Both the position numbers and the translations under genes were made by a program. Shown here piece after piece: positions 30,489 through 40,237 of a stretch of 64,000 nt of DNA. Origin of the DNA: Alphaproteobacteria bacterium (GTDB lineage Bacteria > Pseudomonadota > Alphaproteobacteria > UBA828); NCBI GenBank assembly GCA_963422645.2, contig CAXXVO010000002.1, positions 172,745 through 236,744 of the forward strand. The letters are read 5' to 3'. Under the pieces are notes generated by a model. That model did no database searches. It had not been told where the DNA came from and saw only the letters and a program-made list of their open reading frames with translations. Every line of letters starts with the position of its first letter. The first letter of the stretch is position 1.

Positions 30489-32007
30489 GGGACTGGGATA
30501 CGGACGCATCGCCGCCCGTCGCGCCGGCGGCCGCTGCCATGATTCCGTCCTCGGTGATGGCGTCGCCGAGCAGTTCGGCGACCAGAGCGCCGTCGCGCAT
30601 GACGTGGACCCGGTCGCACAGCCCGACGACCTCGATCAGCTCGGAGGAGATGACCAGGATTGCCACGCCGTCTGCGGCCAGACGGCGCAGGGTGCGGTAG
30701 ATCTCGGCCTTGGTGGCGACGTCCACGCCGCGGGTCGGCTCGTCGAGGAGCAGGACGCGCGGGGCGTTCTCAAGCAGCCGGCCGATCAGCACCTTCTGCT
30801 GGTTGCCACCGGAAAGCGCCGAGATGGGCTGCCCGACGTGATCGACGACGACCTTGAAGCGCTCGACGACGGAGCGGGAGCGCCTCTCCTCCTCCTGCGG
30901 TGAGAGCGCAAGCGCTCGGGCACCCTTGCCCAGCGTCGACGCCGCGAAATTCCAGGCGACCGAGGCGTCGGGAAAGAGACCGTCGGCCTTGCGGTCCTCC
31001 GTCAGCATGGCCAAACCGCCGGCGAGGCTACGGCCTGGCGAGCGCCTGTTATAGGACTTGCCGGAGAGCTCGACGGCCCCGCTGCCGCGTGCCGCGCCGA
31101 AGATCGCAAGCGCGAGCTCGGTCCTCCCGGAGCCCACCAGGCCCGCCAGCCCGACGATCTCGCCGGGGCGGAGGTCCAGGTCGACCGGTGCCGTGCTGCC
31201 CTCGGTGGTGAGGCCGCTTAGCGACAGCACCGGCTCGTTCTCGCTCGCAGGTCCGCTCTTCGGCGGGAAGAGCTCGCCCAGGCTGCGGCCGACCATGGCG
31301 GAGACGACCCGGTCGTGGTCGTAGTCCTCGATCGGCCCCGACGAGGTTACGTCGCCGTCCTTCAGGACGCAGATGTCGGTGCAGACCTCGAATATCTCGT
31401 CCAGGCGGTGCGAGACGTAGACCAGCCCCATCCCCTGGTCCCGCAGGTCGCGCAGAATCCGGAACAGATGGTCGATTTCGCGGTGGGAGAGCACAGCCGT
31501 CGGCTCGTCCAGGATGAGCACGCGCGCCCTGGAGCGCAGTGCCTTGGCGATCTCCACCATCTGCGCCTCGGCGACGCTCAGCCGCTCCAGCGGCGTGTCG
31601 GGGTCGAGATCGATGCCGAGCTCGTGCAGCAGGTCGCGACAGTCGCGGCGCAGCGCGCGCCGGTCGACCAGGCCGAGCCGGTTGCGTGGCTCCTTCTCCA
31701 GAAACACGTTCTCGGCCACCGTGAGCGCCGAGATGGTCGAGAATTCCTGATGGACGACGGCGATGCCGGCGGCGATCGCCTCCTTGGGTCCGGCGAAGAC
31801 CACCGGCGCGCCATCCAGAAGGACTTGCCCGGCGGATGGCGTATAGACGCCGGTCATGAGCTTGATGAGGGTCGACTTGCCGGCGCCGTTCTCGCCGCAC
31901 AGCGCAATGTTGCGCCCGGCGATCACCTCGAAGTCGATGTTGCGGAGGACCTCGTTGCTGCCGAAGAGCTTCGTCATGCCCCGTGCGGCAAGCACCGGAT
32001 CAGCCAT
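30481..32007 (-). CDS. Sugar ABC transporter ATP-binding protein (RbsA-like, two NBDs)
   Basis: GENGAGKS, LILDEPT, LSGGNQQK, LDEPTRGVD. Confidence 0.92.
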   Translation of the reverse strand: MADPVLAARGMTKLFGSNEVLRNIDFEVIAGRNIALCGENGAGKSTLIKLMTGVYTPSAGQVLLDGAPVVFAGPKEAIAAGIAVVHQEFSTISALTVAENVFLEKEPRNRLGLVDRRALRRDCRDLLHELGIDLDPDTPLERLSVAEAQMVEIAKALRSRARVLILDEPTAVLSHREIDHLFRILRDLRDQGMGLVYVSHRLDEIFEVCTDICVLKDGDVTSSGPIEDYDHDRVVSAMVGRSLGELFPPKSGPASENEPVLSLSGLTTEGSTAPVDLDLRPGEIVGLAGLVGSGRTELALAIFGAARGSGAVELSGKSYNRRSPGRSLAGGLAMLTEDRKADGLFPDASVAWNFAASTLGKGARALALSPQEEERRSRSVVERFKVVVDHVGQPISALSGGNQQKVLIGRLLENAPRVLLLDEPTRGVDVATKAEIYRTLRRLAADGVAILVISSELIEVVGLCDRVHVMRDGALVAELLGDAITEDGIMAAAAGATGGDASVSQSHD

Positions 32008-32236
32008 GTCGCCTTTCCTCCGGGCGGCGGCCTCCGGCCGCCATGGCGAACGGCCCCCCGGCCGCGCAATGGCATTCATTTGGCGCGAAGATTGTTCCGG
32101 GGTTTTTTTGGTGGTGTCGTAACGAGTTGATTTCTTGTGTGGATTGTCGGTCTCGGCGTTTCCCGCACGAGGGGGATTGACCGGCGGCGTGTGCTTTGGC
32201 ACACTGTGGCTGTCCCCCTGTCAGTGGAGCCGGCCC

Positions 32237-32869
32237 ATGGACCCCCGCATCACCGCGCTGAAGTCGACGACCTTTTTCGGCAGACGTCTGACCCGCCGGC
32301 AGATTGCCGACATCCAGGAGACGGTGGCGCTGTTTCCGGCGATCAGCCGCAACGAGCTCGGGCACACGATCTGCGAGCATTTGAACTGGCGCGCGCCGAG
32401 CGGGCGGAACCGTGTCGCGGTCTGCCTGCGGATGCTGGAGGAGTTGGAGCGGCTGGGCATCCTGACCCTGCCGGCGCGGGACGAGGCGCAGGTGCGGGGG
32501 CCGCAGGAGGCGATGGCCCGGAGCGAGCGGACGGCGCCGGCCGCGGCGATCGCGGAGGACCTGGCCGCGCTGATGCCGCTGCGCCTGTCGATTGCGGCGG
32601 GCAAGGAGGAGGGCGGGCTGTGGAACGAGTTCGTCGCGCGCCACCACTATCTCGGGCTGCATCGTCTGGGGTCGGCGCGCATCTGCGCTATTTTCTCCTG
32701 GACCGCCACGGGCGGCCTCTGGGCTGCCTTCTGTTTGCCCGGGCGTCGCGCACGCTGCCCTGCCGCGACGAGTGGATCGGGTGGCCGGCGGAAGGCTTCC
32801 GCAAGCACCTCGATCTGGTCGTGGGTCACACGCGTTTCCTGATCTTTCCCTGGGTCCGGGTCGACAACC
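32237..32869 (+). pseudogene. DUF4338 (DruA-like) N-terminal part of the IS4 ORF, frameshifted and interrupted
   Basis: SRNELGHTICEHLNW, WNEFVARHHYLG, LRYFL, RDEWIGW, RFLIFPWVRVDNL. Confidence 0.75.
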
Positions 32870-35800
32870 TCAGACTTCCTGACCTCTGCTGATTTTAGGT
32901 GACACGAGCCGCGCGGATTCCGAGGCCCCGTCGATGTCGTAGACTCAGACTTCCTGACCTCTGCTGATTTTAGGTGACACGAGCCGCGCGGATTCCGAGG
33001 CCCCGTCGATGTCGTAGACTATGCGCAGACGGGTGCCGGGGAAGACCGTTTCGGTGGCGTTCAGGTCGCTCAGAACCGCATCGATCCAACGGTCGCAGGC
33101 GTCGTTTGCGAGGCCAAGAATGTGGACCCGCAGGAGGCCACAACTGGCCAGAACCCGAGCCGGAACATCGCAAGTCGCACGCCCCATCGGCGCCTGCCGG
33201 TCCCGCCGATCGCGCGCGCTGCGATCCGTTTGCGGCTGCGCTTCCAGCCCCGGCGCCGTCTCCGGCCCCGGGGCACCGGTACTCTCTTCATCGACACGGC
33301 CTTCAGGAGCCGCACCCGCGTCAGGCGGCGCAGCCAGCGCTGAGCGTCCGGGCTCCCCATCCGCCTCCGTGTTGCCGATCAGTCCCTGACGGCGCCACTT
33401 GTTGACCGATGGCGCTGACACGCCGAGAACCCGGGCCGCCGCAGAGCCGCTCAGGCCCGATGCCAGCAACGCCGTCGCCTTCTCCGCCAACTCCGGAGTG
33501 AACACCGACGGCCCGCGACCGCGCCGGGGCTTCATGAACCCCGCTTCGCCCTCGGCCAGGTAGCGCCGTCGTGCGCGCTGCACCGTCGCGCGCGAGACAG
33601 CGAAAGCGTCAGCCAGTTCCTGCGGCGAGACCGCGCTGATCGCCGCGAGGCGGCCGATCCGCAAGAGCATGGCCGTGCGGTCATCGGCGGCGTGGCTGTC
33701 AAAGGGAATGAGGTTGGAAAAGTAGGTGAAGGTGTCGTCCGAGATCAGGACGGCGAAGCAGCTGTTGCCGATCGAGACCGCCTCTGGAGGGCACATTGGG
33801 AGGGTACTGGGCATGGTTGAGACCGTGCAATTGGTATCAAATTATACTATCAGACCTCGGGCGCGACACCCAGCGAAAAACCGCCTGAAACAACCGAAAT
33901 GTATCAGAATTCAAGGAGTTCCCGGCACGCTGCCCAGAACAGCCAGCATCACGAGGTCAGGAAGTCTGAGACTATGCGCAGACGGGTGCCGGGGAAGACC
34001 GTTTCGGTGGCGTTCAGGTCGCTCAGAACCGCATCGATCCAACGGTCGCAGGCGTCGTTTGCGAGGCCAAGAATGTGGACCCGCAGGAGGCCATTGCCAG
34101 GATCCGGCAGGATGTCGGCATCGGCGGTGAGCAGCGCTTGAAGCAGTTTCCGGGGATGGGGCTTGTGGCCCTGCGCCTGCATGACGGGAAGCATCATGCG
34201 GGTTTCGGCGCGGTAGGCGATCATCCGGATGACGTCGAGGAGGAGGCGCTCGCGCGCGGGCAAGGCATCGAGCTGCTCGGCTTCGTCGAGGTCGCCGGCC
34301 CGGCAGTGCTTGGGCGTCTCCCTGCGGCTGGCCCTGACGATGTCGCGGACATCCTGGAGGTCCCTGACTTCCCTCCTGAGTTCCGCCGTCGGCTGCTTCT
34401 TCCGGGCCGTGTCGGCGATGCGGTTGCGCAGGCGGCCAAGCTGGCGGTCGAGGCGATGGATTGCCTTGTCATAGGCCCGCCGCAGCGGGTTGACGACCAT
34501 GGCGGCGGGATCGAGAGGCTCGAGCTCGTGGGTCGGCAGGGCGTCGAGATTGAACTCGTCACGCATGTACTTGAAGAAGTTCTCCTGCGACCAGCGCGAG
34601 AACATGGCGCCCGCAACCTCAGCCATCGGCTTGTGCGGATCGGTGGTGATCAGCGGCACCTGACGGCCGTTGTCGAGCAGGCGGCGGATCTGGCGCACCC
34701 TGAAGCCGTTCGGCAACGTCACCGGCTTCTCAGCCAGCCGCATGGTGGCGCTGCCGTCCGCCGCCGGTCCGTGAATGGGAACGGTCATCGCGCCGAAGTC
34801 CTCGGCCGGCCAGTCCTCGCCCCTGAAGTTCTTGTGCCAGGTCAGGCAGGCGACGCCGCGCCTCGCCAGCCGGCGGAACAGATCCGGGCTCCAGCCCTCG
34901 CGGTCGAAGACCAGGGTGAGCGCCGGCTGGCCGGGATGCTCGGCGGTCAGGTCCGGCGCCCCGGCGCCAACGATCCCAAGCTCCTGCAGCGCCGGCACCA
35001 CGTCGGCTTCGATGGCCGCGACCATCTTCGGGTCCAGCGGCTTGTGCAGACAGAGCAGCGGCTTGCCGCCCAGAGCGTTGATCCAGTAGCTGGCGCTCGC
35101 CGGCAGGCACAGCTTCTCGCGCGAGACGAAGTGCTTGGGCAAGCGCCCCTTGCGGCCGGAGTAGACCTTGACGTGCCCGTCGATGGCCAGCGTCGCCCAG
35201 AGCTCCGGCTCGTCGGCCTTGCCAGCGCCTGGCAAGGGCGAGCTGCCACGCCCGCACGCCGGCCTCGTCGTCGGCGATGAGAGCGATCTTGCGGCGCAGC
35301 GTCTTGACCTCGGGGCAGCGATCGAGGCCGAGAATGGCGCCCCATTCGCCCGGCGCCTGGTAGCGCAGGCTCTCGGGGTTGCGCACCCGCGCCAAGGTCA
35401 TGAAGGCCAGGAAGAGCAGGATCGTAGGCAAGCCGTAATAGCCCTTCGGCAGCAATGGCAGGAGACCGGTCTCGGAGAGAAGACCTTCCTTCAGCAGGGC
35501 CGGCAGGGCGGCGAGCACGCCGCCGAAGCGGACACCGCGGGCGGCGGCGGCGAACTGCGGTTCGACCGGCCCCGCCTGTCCACAACTGGCCAGAACCCGA
35601 GCCGGAACATCGCAAGTCGCACGCCCCATCGGCGCCTGCCGGTCCCGCCGATCGCGCGCGCTGCGATCCGTTTGCGGCTGCGCTTCCAGCCCCGGCGCCG
35701 TCTCCGGCCCCGGGGCACCGGTACTCTCTTCATCGACACGGCCTTCAGGAGCCGCACCCGCGTCAGGCGGCGCAGCCAGCGCTGAGCGTCCGGGCTCCCC

Positions 35801-36413
35801 ATCCGCCTCCGTGTTGCCGATCAGTCCCTGACGGCGCCACTTGTTGACCGATGGCGCTGACACGCCGAGAACCCGGGCCGCCGCAGAGCCGCTCAGGCCC
35901 GATGCCAGCAACGCCGTCGCCTTCTCCGCCAACTCCGGAGTGAACACCGACGGCCCGCGACCGCGCCGGGGCTTCATGAACCCCGCTTCGCCCTCGGCCA
36001 GGTAGCGCCGTCGTGCGCGCTGCACCGTCGCGCGCGAGACAGCGAAAGCGTCAGCCAGTTCCTGCGGCGAGACCGCGCTGATCGCCGCGAGGCGGCCGAT
36101 CCGCAAGAGCATGGCCGTGCGGTCATCGGCGGCGTGGCTGTCAAAGGGAATGAGGTTGGAAAAGTAGGTGAAGGTGTCGTCCGAGATCAGGACGGCGAAG
36201 CAGCTGTTGCCGATCGAGACCGCCTCTGGAGGGCACATTGGGAGGGTACTGGGCATGGTTGAGACCCCGTGCAATTGGTATCAAATTATAATATCAGACC
36301 TCGGGCGCGACACCCAGCGAAAAACCGCCTGAAACAACCGAAATGTATCAGAATTCAAGGAGTTCCCGGCACGCTGCCCAGAACAGCCAGCATCACGAGG
36401 TCAGGAAGTCTGA
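32870..36413 (-). mobile_element. Element X copy (frameshifted) containing a nested deleted copy; flanked by ACC on both sides
   Basis: Both TIRs present; ACC at 32867-32869 and 36414-36416; same 2-bp deletion as the 25767 copy. Confidence 0.9.
32945..33969 (-). mobile_element. Internally deleted element X (1025 bp) encoding an in-frame 289-aa product
   Basis: Both TIRs, GAC TSD (32942-32944 and 33970-33972), deletion junction at a TGG microhomology. Confidence 0.92.
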
Positions 36414-36529
36414 ACCTCCTTTGCGCCGATCGAGAATCTCGATCGCCTCACCGTCGAAAGGATGCTTGTAGCGTCGAATGCGAACGGGCTCAGGAGCCTC
36501 GGAAGCCTGCAAGATAGTAGTCTGTGACG

Positions 36530-38035
36530 TTCGTGGAGACCTTCGTGGACCCCAGCCTCTTCGACGGCGCCTGCTACCGCGCGGCCAACTGGCGCTGTCT
36601 CGGCGAGACCGGGGGCGGCAAGGGCAAGACCCGCAAAAGCGTCTACGTCTACCCGCTGACGCCGGACTTCCGCTCGATCCTGCTCGAAGGCCCGCGGCCG
36701 GCGCGGCGCGGGAACAGGACACGGCCGGCAGCGCTGGCGCCGGACGATCCCTTCGTGGCGCTGTGGCAGGACCTGATCGGCGCACTGGCGGCGGTGGCCG
36801 CCGATCACGACCGGGTGTGGCAGAGCCGCCGGCGGGTCCTCGACACCCTTCTCGTCATGCTCTTCATCTTCCGGCTGGCGTTCTCGAACGGCCGCGCGGG
36901 CTACGCCACGACGCTGGCCGGGCTGTGGGAGCAGTGCCGGGTCCTGGGCGTCGCACTGCCGCAGCCGGCGCCGGTCTCGGCCTCGGCGATGTGCATGGCG
37001 CGGGCCAAGGTCGACGAGGCGGTGTTCAAGACGCTGCACGCCGAGATCCTCAAGCGCGCCGACGGCCCGGCCTGGAAGGGCCACCGCGTGTTCGCGGTCG
37101 ACGGCTCCAAGCTCAACCTGCCGCGGCCGCTGCTCAAGGCCGGCTACCGCACGCCCTCCGAGGCGGCCCACTACCCGCAGGGCCTGCTGAGTTGCCTCTA
37201 CCGGCTGCACGCGAACATCCCGGTGGACTTCGACCTGGTCGCGCACGGCGACGAAAGAAGGGCCGCCCTCGCCCACCTCAAGGCGCTCTCGGCCAACGAC
37301 ATCGTGGTCTATGACCGCGGCTACTACTCTTGGGAGATGCTGCACGCCCATGTCGCCCGCGGCCTGCACCCCGTGTTCCGGATCAAGAAGAAGGCAGGCG
37401 CCGCCCTCGACGCCTTCATCGCCGACGGCCGCACGGACGCGCCGATCACCGTCGCTCCCGGAAAGGACACCCTGAGAAAGCTGCGCCGCAAGACGCCGCA
37501 CGTCGACGCCACCCCGCTGCGCCTGCGACTGGTCCGCTACCGCATCGGCAGCACGGTCTTCATCCTCGCCACCACCCTCCTCGACCCCAAGGCCTGGAGC
37601 GTCGCGGAACTGGCCGAGCTCTATCACGCGCGCTGGGGAATCGAGGAACTCTACAAGACCTCGAAACAGGCCATGGCCGTCGAGGCCTTCCACAGCCAGA
37701 CCGAGCGCGGCGTCCGCCAGGAGCTCTTCGCCCACTTCAACCTCATCGCCATGACCCGGCTCTTCACCAACCGCAGCAACGCAAGCCTCGACGCCGAGCG
37801 CCCTGCCGACGGCAAGCCGGCGATGAAAGCCAACTTCAGCAACGGCCTCGCCACCGTCGCGCGCAACCTCGAAGCGCTGCTGCTGCGCCATACGGCGATG
37901 GTCGCCGAAACCCTCAGCCATGTCCTCTCCTGCATCAACCAGGCGCGTCAGCGCCCGCGCCCCGGCCGGTCCTGCGAACGCAGGTCGCGCAAACCCCGCG
38001 GCAAGTGGGCACGCGCAAAGCGGGCCGTCGCCTGA
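36530..38035 (+). pseudogene. C-terminal DUF4338 part plus IS4 DDE transposase domain
   Basis: VETFVDP..YRAANW (DUF4338), then AVDGS, VYDRGY, YHARWGIEELYK (YREK-type motif). Confidence 0.82.
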
Positions 38036-38334
38036 ACACCTGAACGACAGAAACGCACGCAACCGACAGCGCAAGAACACGACTCCTTAAGTGAACAGTC
38101 GAAAACCGCTAAGTGAATGCCATTGGCGCCCCTCCCCGGTCGCGCATGGCCTACCCTAACATGGAGAAGACTGCGCCTGACACCGCTGGCGGTCGCAGCG
38201 GCCGTGACATGGGCAAGAAGTCCGGGATAGCCCTTTTCGGTCGAAACCTTCAGCATGCAAGGGTGGTTCGGGTGTTGGGTTCCTCGCCAGCCCGACGAGG
38301 GCGGTAGACGGCATTTCCACTAAAGGAGGATGTC

Positions 38335-39372
38335 ATGGTTTCGCTCGGCGCTCAGTTCGATACCGGTCCCTCCGTCGGCGAGCAGGCGCGCTTCGTCGAG
38401 GAGCACGGGTTCGAGTACGTGTACGTGCCGGACTCGCCGATCAACTGGCGCGAGATGAGCCCCTACCTCACGGTGCTCATGCAAAGCACGACCACGGCCA
38501 AGATCGGTGCCTGCGTCACCAATCCGGTGTCACGAAATCCGACTGTGCTCGCGAGCCTGCACGCGGCGCTTCAGGAGCTGAGCGGGGGGCGAATGATCCT
38601 CGGGCTGGGCCGGGGCGACAGTGCGGTTCGGCGCCTGGGCGAGCGGCCGGCGCGCCTCAAGGAATTCGAGGAGGCGTCGATCCTGATTCACCGTCTGGCA
38701 AACGGCGAGGAGGTCGCGTACTCGGCCGCGCAGCCCTCCGACGAGGATTGGTACGAGCAGGCTGCCGAGACTGTGACGCTCTCGCTCGAATGGGCGCCAC
38801 GCACGCGCATCCCGCTCTACGTGGCGGGCTACGGACCGAAAGTGCTCCGTTGGGCCGGTCGCGTCGCGGACGGCGTGTTCCTCCAGATTGCCGATCTGGA
38901 GACGGTGGAATGGCACATCGGCTTCGTTCGGCAAGGCGCAGACGACGCGGGGCGCGAGCTGAGCGAGATCGATATCGTTGTCTGCACACCGTCATGGGTC
39001 TCGGACGACCTGCACGATGCCTGCGATCGGGTCCGCCCGTTCCCGTCCTACGTGGCGAACCATGTGACGGATATGCTGCGATTTCATCCCAGGTCGTCGC
39101 TGCCGGCGAGCTTTCTCCGGTGCGTCGAGGACAAGGCCCAATACGACTATCGGGAGCACACGCAGACGGGCGCCGAGCACGCCGGCTACATCTCTGACGA
39201 CCTCGCGGAAAGCTACACGATCGTAGGCACACCGGAGAGCTGTGCCGAGAAGATCCGTCGGTTGAGCGCGCTCGGCGTAACCCAGATATGCATCTACTAT
39301 CTCGGCTACAGCGACGCCGACATTCGCGCGACGACCAAGGCCTACGCGCGCGAGGTGATGCCCAGGGTCTGA
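38335..39372 (+). CDS. LLM-class flavin/F420-dependent oxidoreductase
   Basis: VTNPVSRNP, SGGRMILGLGRGDS, YVAGYGPK, GRVADGV. Confidence 0.88.
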   Translation: MVSLGAQFDTGPSVGEQARFVEEHGFEYVYVPDSPINWREMSPYLTVLMQSTTTAKIGACVTNPVSRNPTVLASLHAALQELSGGRMILGLGRGDSAVRRLGERPARLKEFEEASILIHRLANGEEVAYSAAQPSDEDWYEQAAETVTLSLEWAPRTRIPLYVAGYGPKVLRWAGRVADGVFLQIADLETVEWHIGFVRQGADDAGRELSEIDIVVCTPSWVSDDLHDACDRVRPFPSYVANHVTDMLRFHPRSSLPASFLRCVEDKAQYDYREHTQTGAEHAGYISDDLAESYTIVGTPESCAEKIRRLSALGVTQICIYYLGYSDADIRATTKAYAREVMPRV

Positions 39373-39435
39373 GCGCCGGGCACCCCGACCAGTGCGTCCG
39401 CACGTCCGGATAGAGCGACCAGTAGGGGCCGCGCC

Positions 39436-40191
39436 ATGAAGCTCGCCGGCAAGGTCGCCATTGTGACGGGAAGCTCGCGCGGCATCGGCGCGAGCATCGC
39501 CCGAGGCTTCGCTGCGGCGGGCGCGCGGCTCGCCATCGTCGCGAACACGCGGCTGGAGCGCTCGCAGGCGGTCGTCGGCGAGATCGAGGTGGCCGGAGGA
39601 GAGGCCAAGGCGTTCGCGGCTGATCTCGCGCGGATCGCCGAGTGCGAGCGGCTGGCCGGTGCGGTTGTCGACGCCTTCGGAACCGTCGACATCCTCGTGA
39701 ACAACGCCGGCGTCTACATCCGATCGCCGATCGAAGAGGCCACCGAGGAGCAGTGGAGCGCGCAGGTCGACCTCAACCTCAAGGGCACCTACTTCATGAC
39801 CAAGGCGGTCGTGCCGACGATGAAGGCGAAGCGATCCGGCAAGATTATCAACATCACCTCGACGTTCGGCCTCGTCGGCGCTGCGGACTGCAGCATCTAT
39901 TGCATCACGAAGGCCGGGCAGCTGAACCTGACCAAGGCCTTGTGCCTGGAACTCGCGCGCCACGGAATCAACGTCAACTCGCTGGCGCCGGGCGGGGTCA
40001 AGACCGACATGACCGAGGCCTTTCGCGCGCAGACCCAGCTCAAGGAACGTGTGGACGAGCTGACGCCAACAGGCACTCACTTTCTCGACCCGTCAGAAGT
40101 TGTGGGCGCCGCCGTGTTTCTCGCCTCATCCGCCTCTGACTCGGTGCACGGAGCGAACCTGGTGGTCGACGGGGGCTGGACCGCCTGGTAG
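39436..40191 (+). CDS. SDR family oxidoreductase
   Basis: TGSSRGIG, NNAG, YCITK. Confidence 0.9.
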   Translation: MKLAGKVAIVTGSSRGIGASIARGFAAAGARLAIVANTRLERSQAVVGEIEVAGGEAKAFAADLARIAECERLAGAVVDAFGTVDILVNNAGVYIRSPIEEATEEQWSAQVDLNLKGTYFMTKAVVPTMKAKRSGKIINITSTFGLVGAADCSIYCITKAGQLNLTKALCLELARHGINVNSLAPGGVKTDMTEAFRAQTQLKERVDELTPTGTHFLDPSEVVGAAVFLASSASDSVHGANLVVDGGWTAW

Positions 40192-40237
40192 CGATCGCTT
40201 TGAGCGCTTCCGCTTCACACGAAAGCGCTCTCGCACT

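Larger units (their letters stand above)
32067..38125 (+). mobile_element. IS4-family element with a DUF4338-transposase fusion, interrupted by element X
   Basis: TIR caatggcattcatttggcg versus reverse complement caatggcattcacttagcg (17/19 match). Confidence 0.78.

Noticed and set aside
32237-38035. Druantia defence system
   Set aside because: No DruE helicase or other dru genes; the domain lies inside IS ends and is disrupted
32064-38128. GCG target duplication for the IS4 element
   Set aside because: Too short and GC-rich to be meaningful
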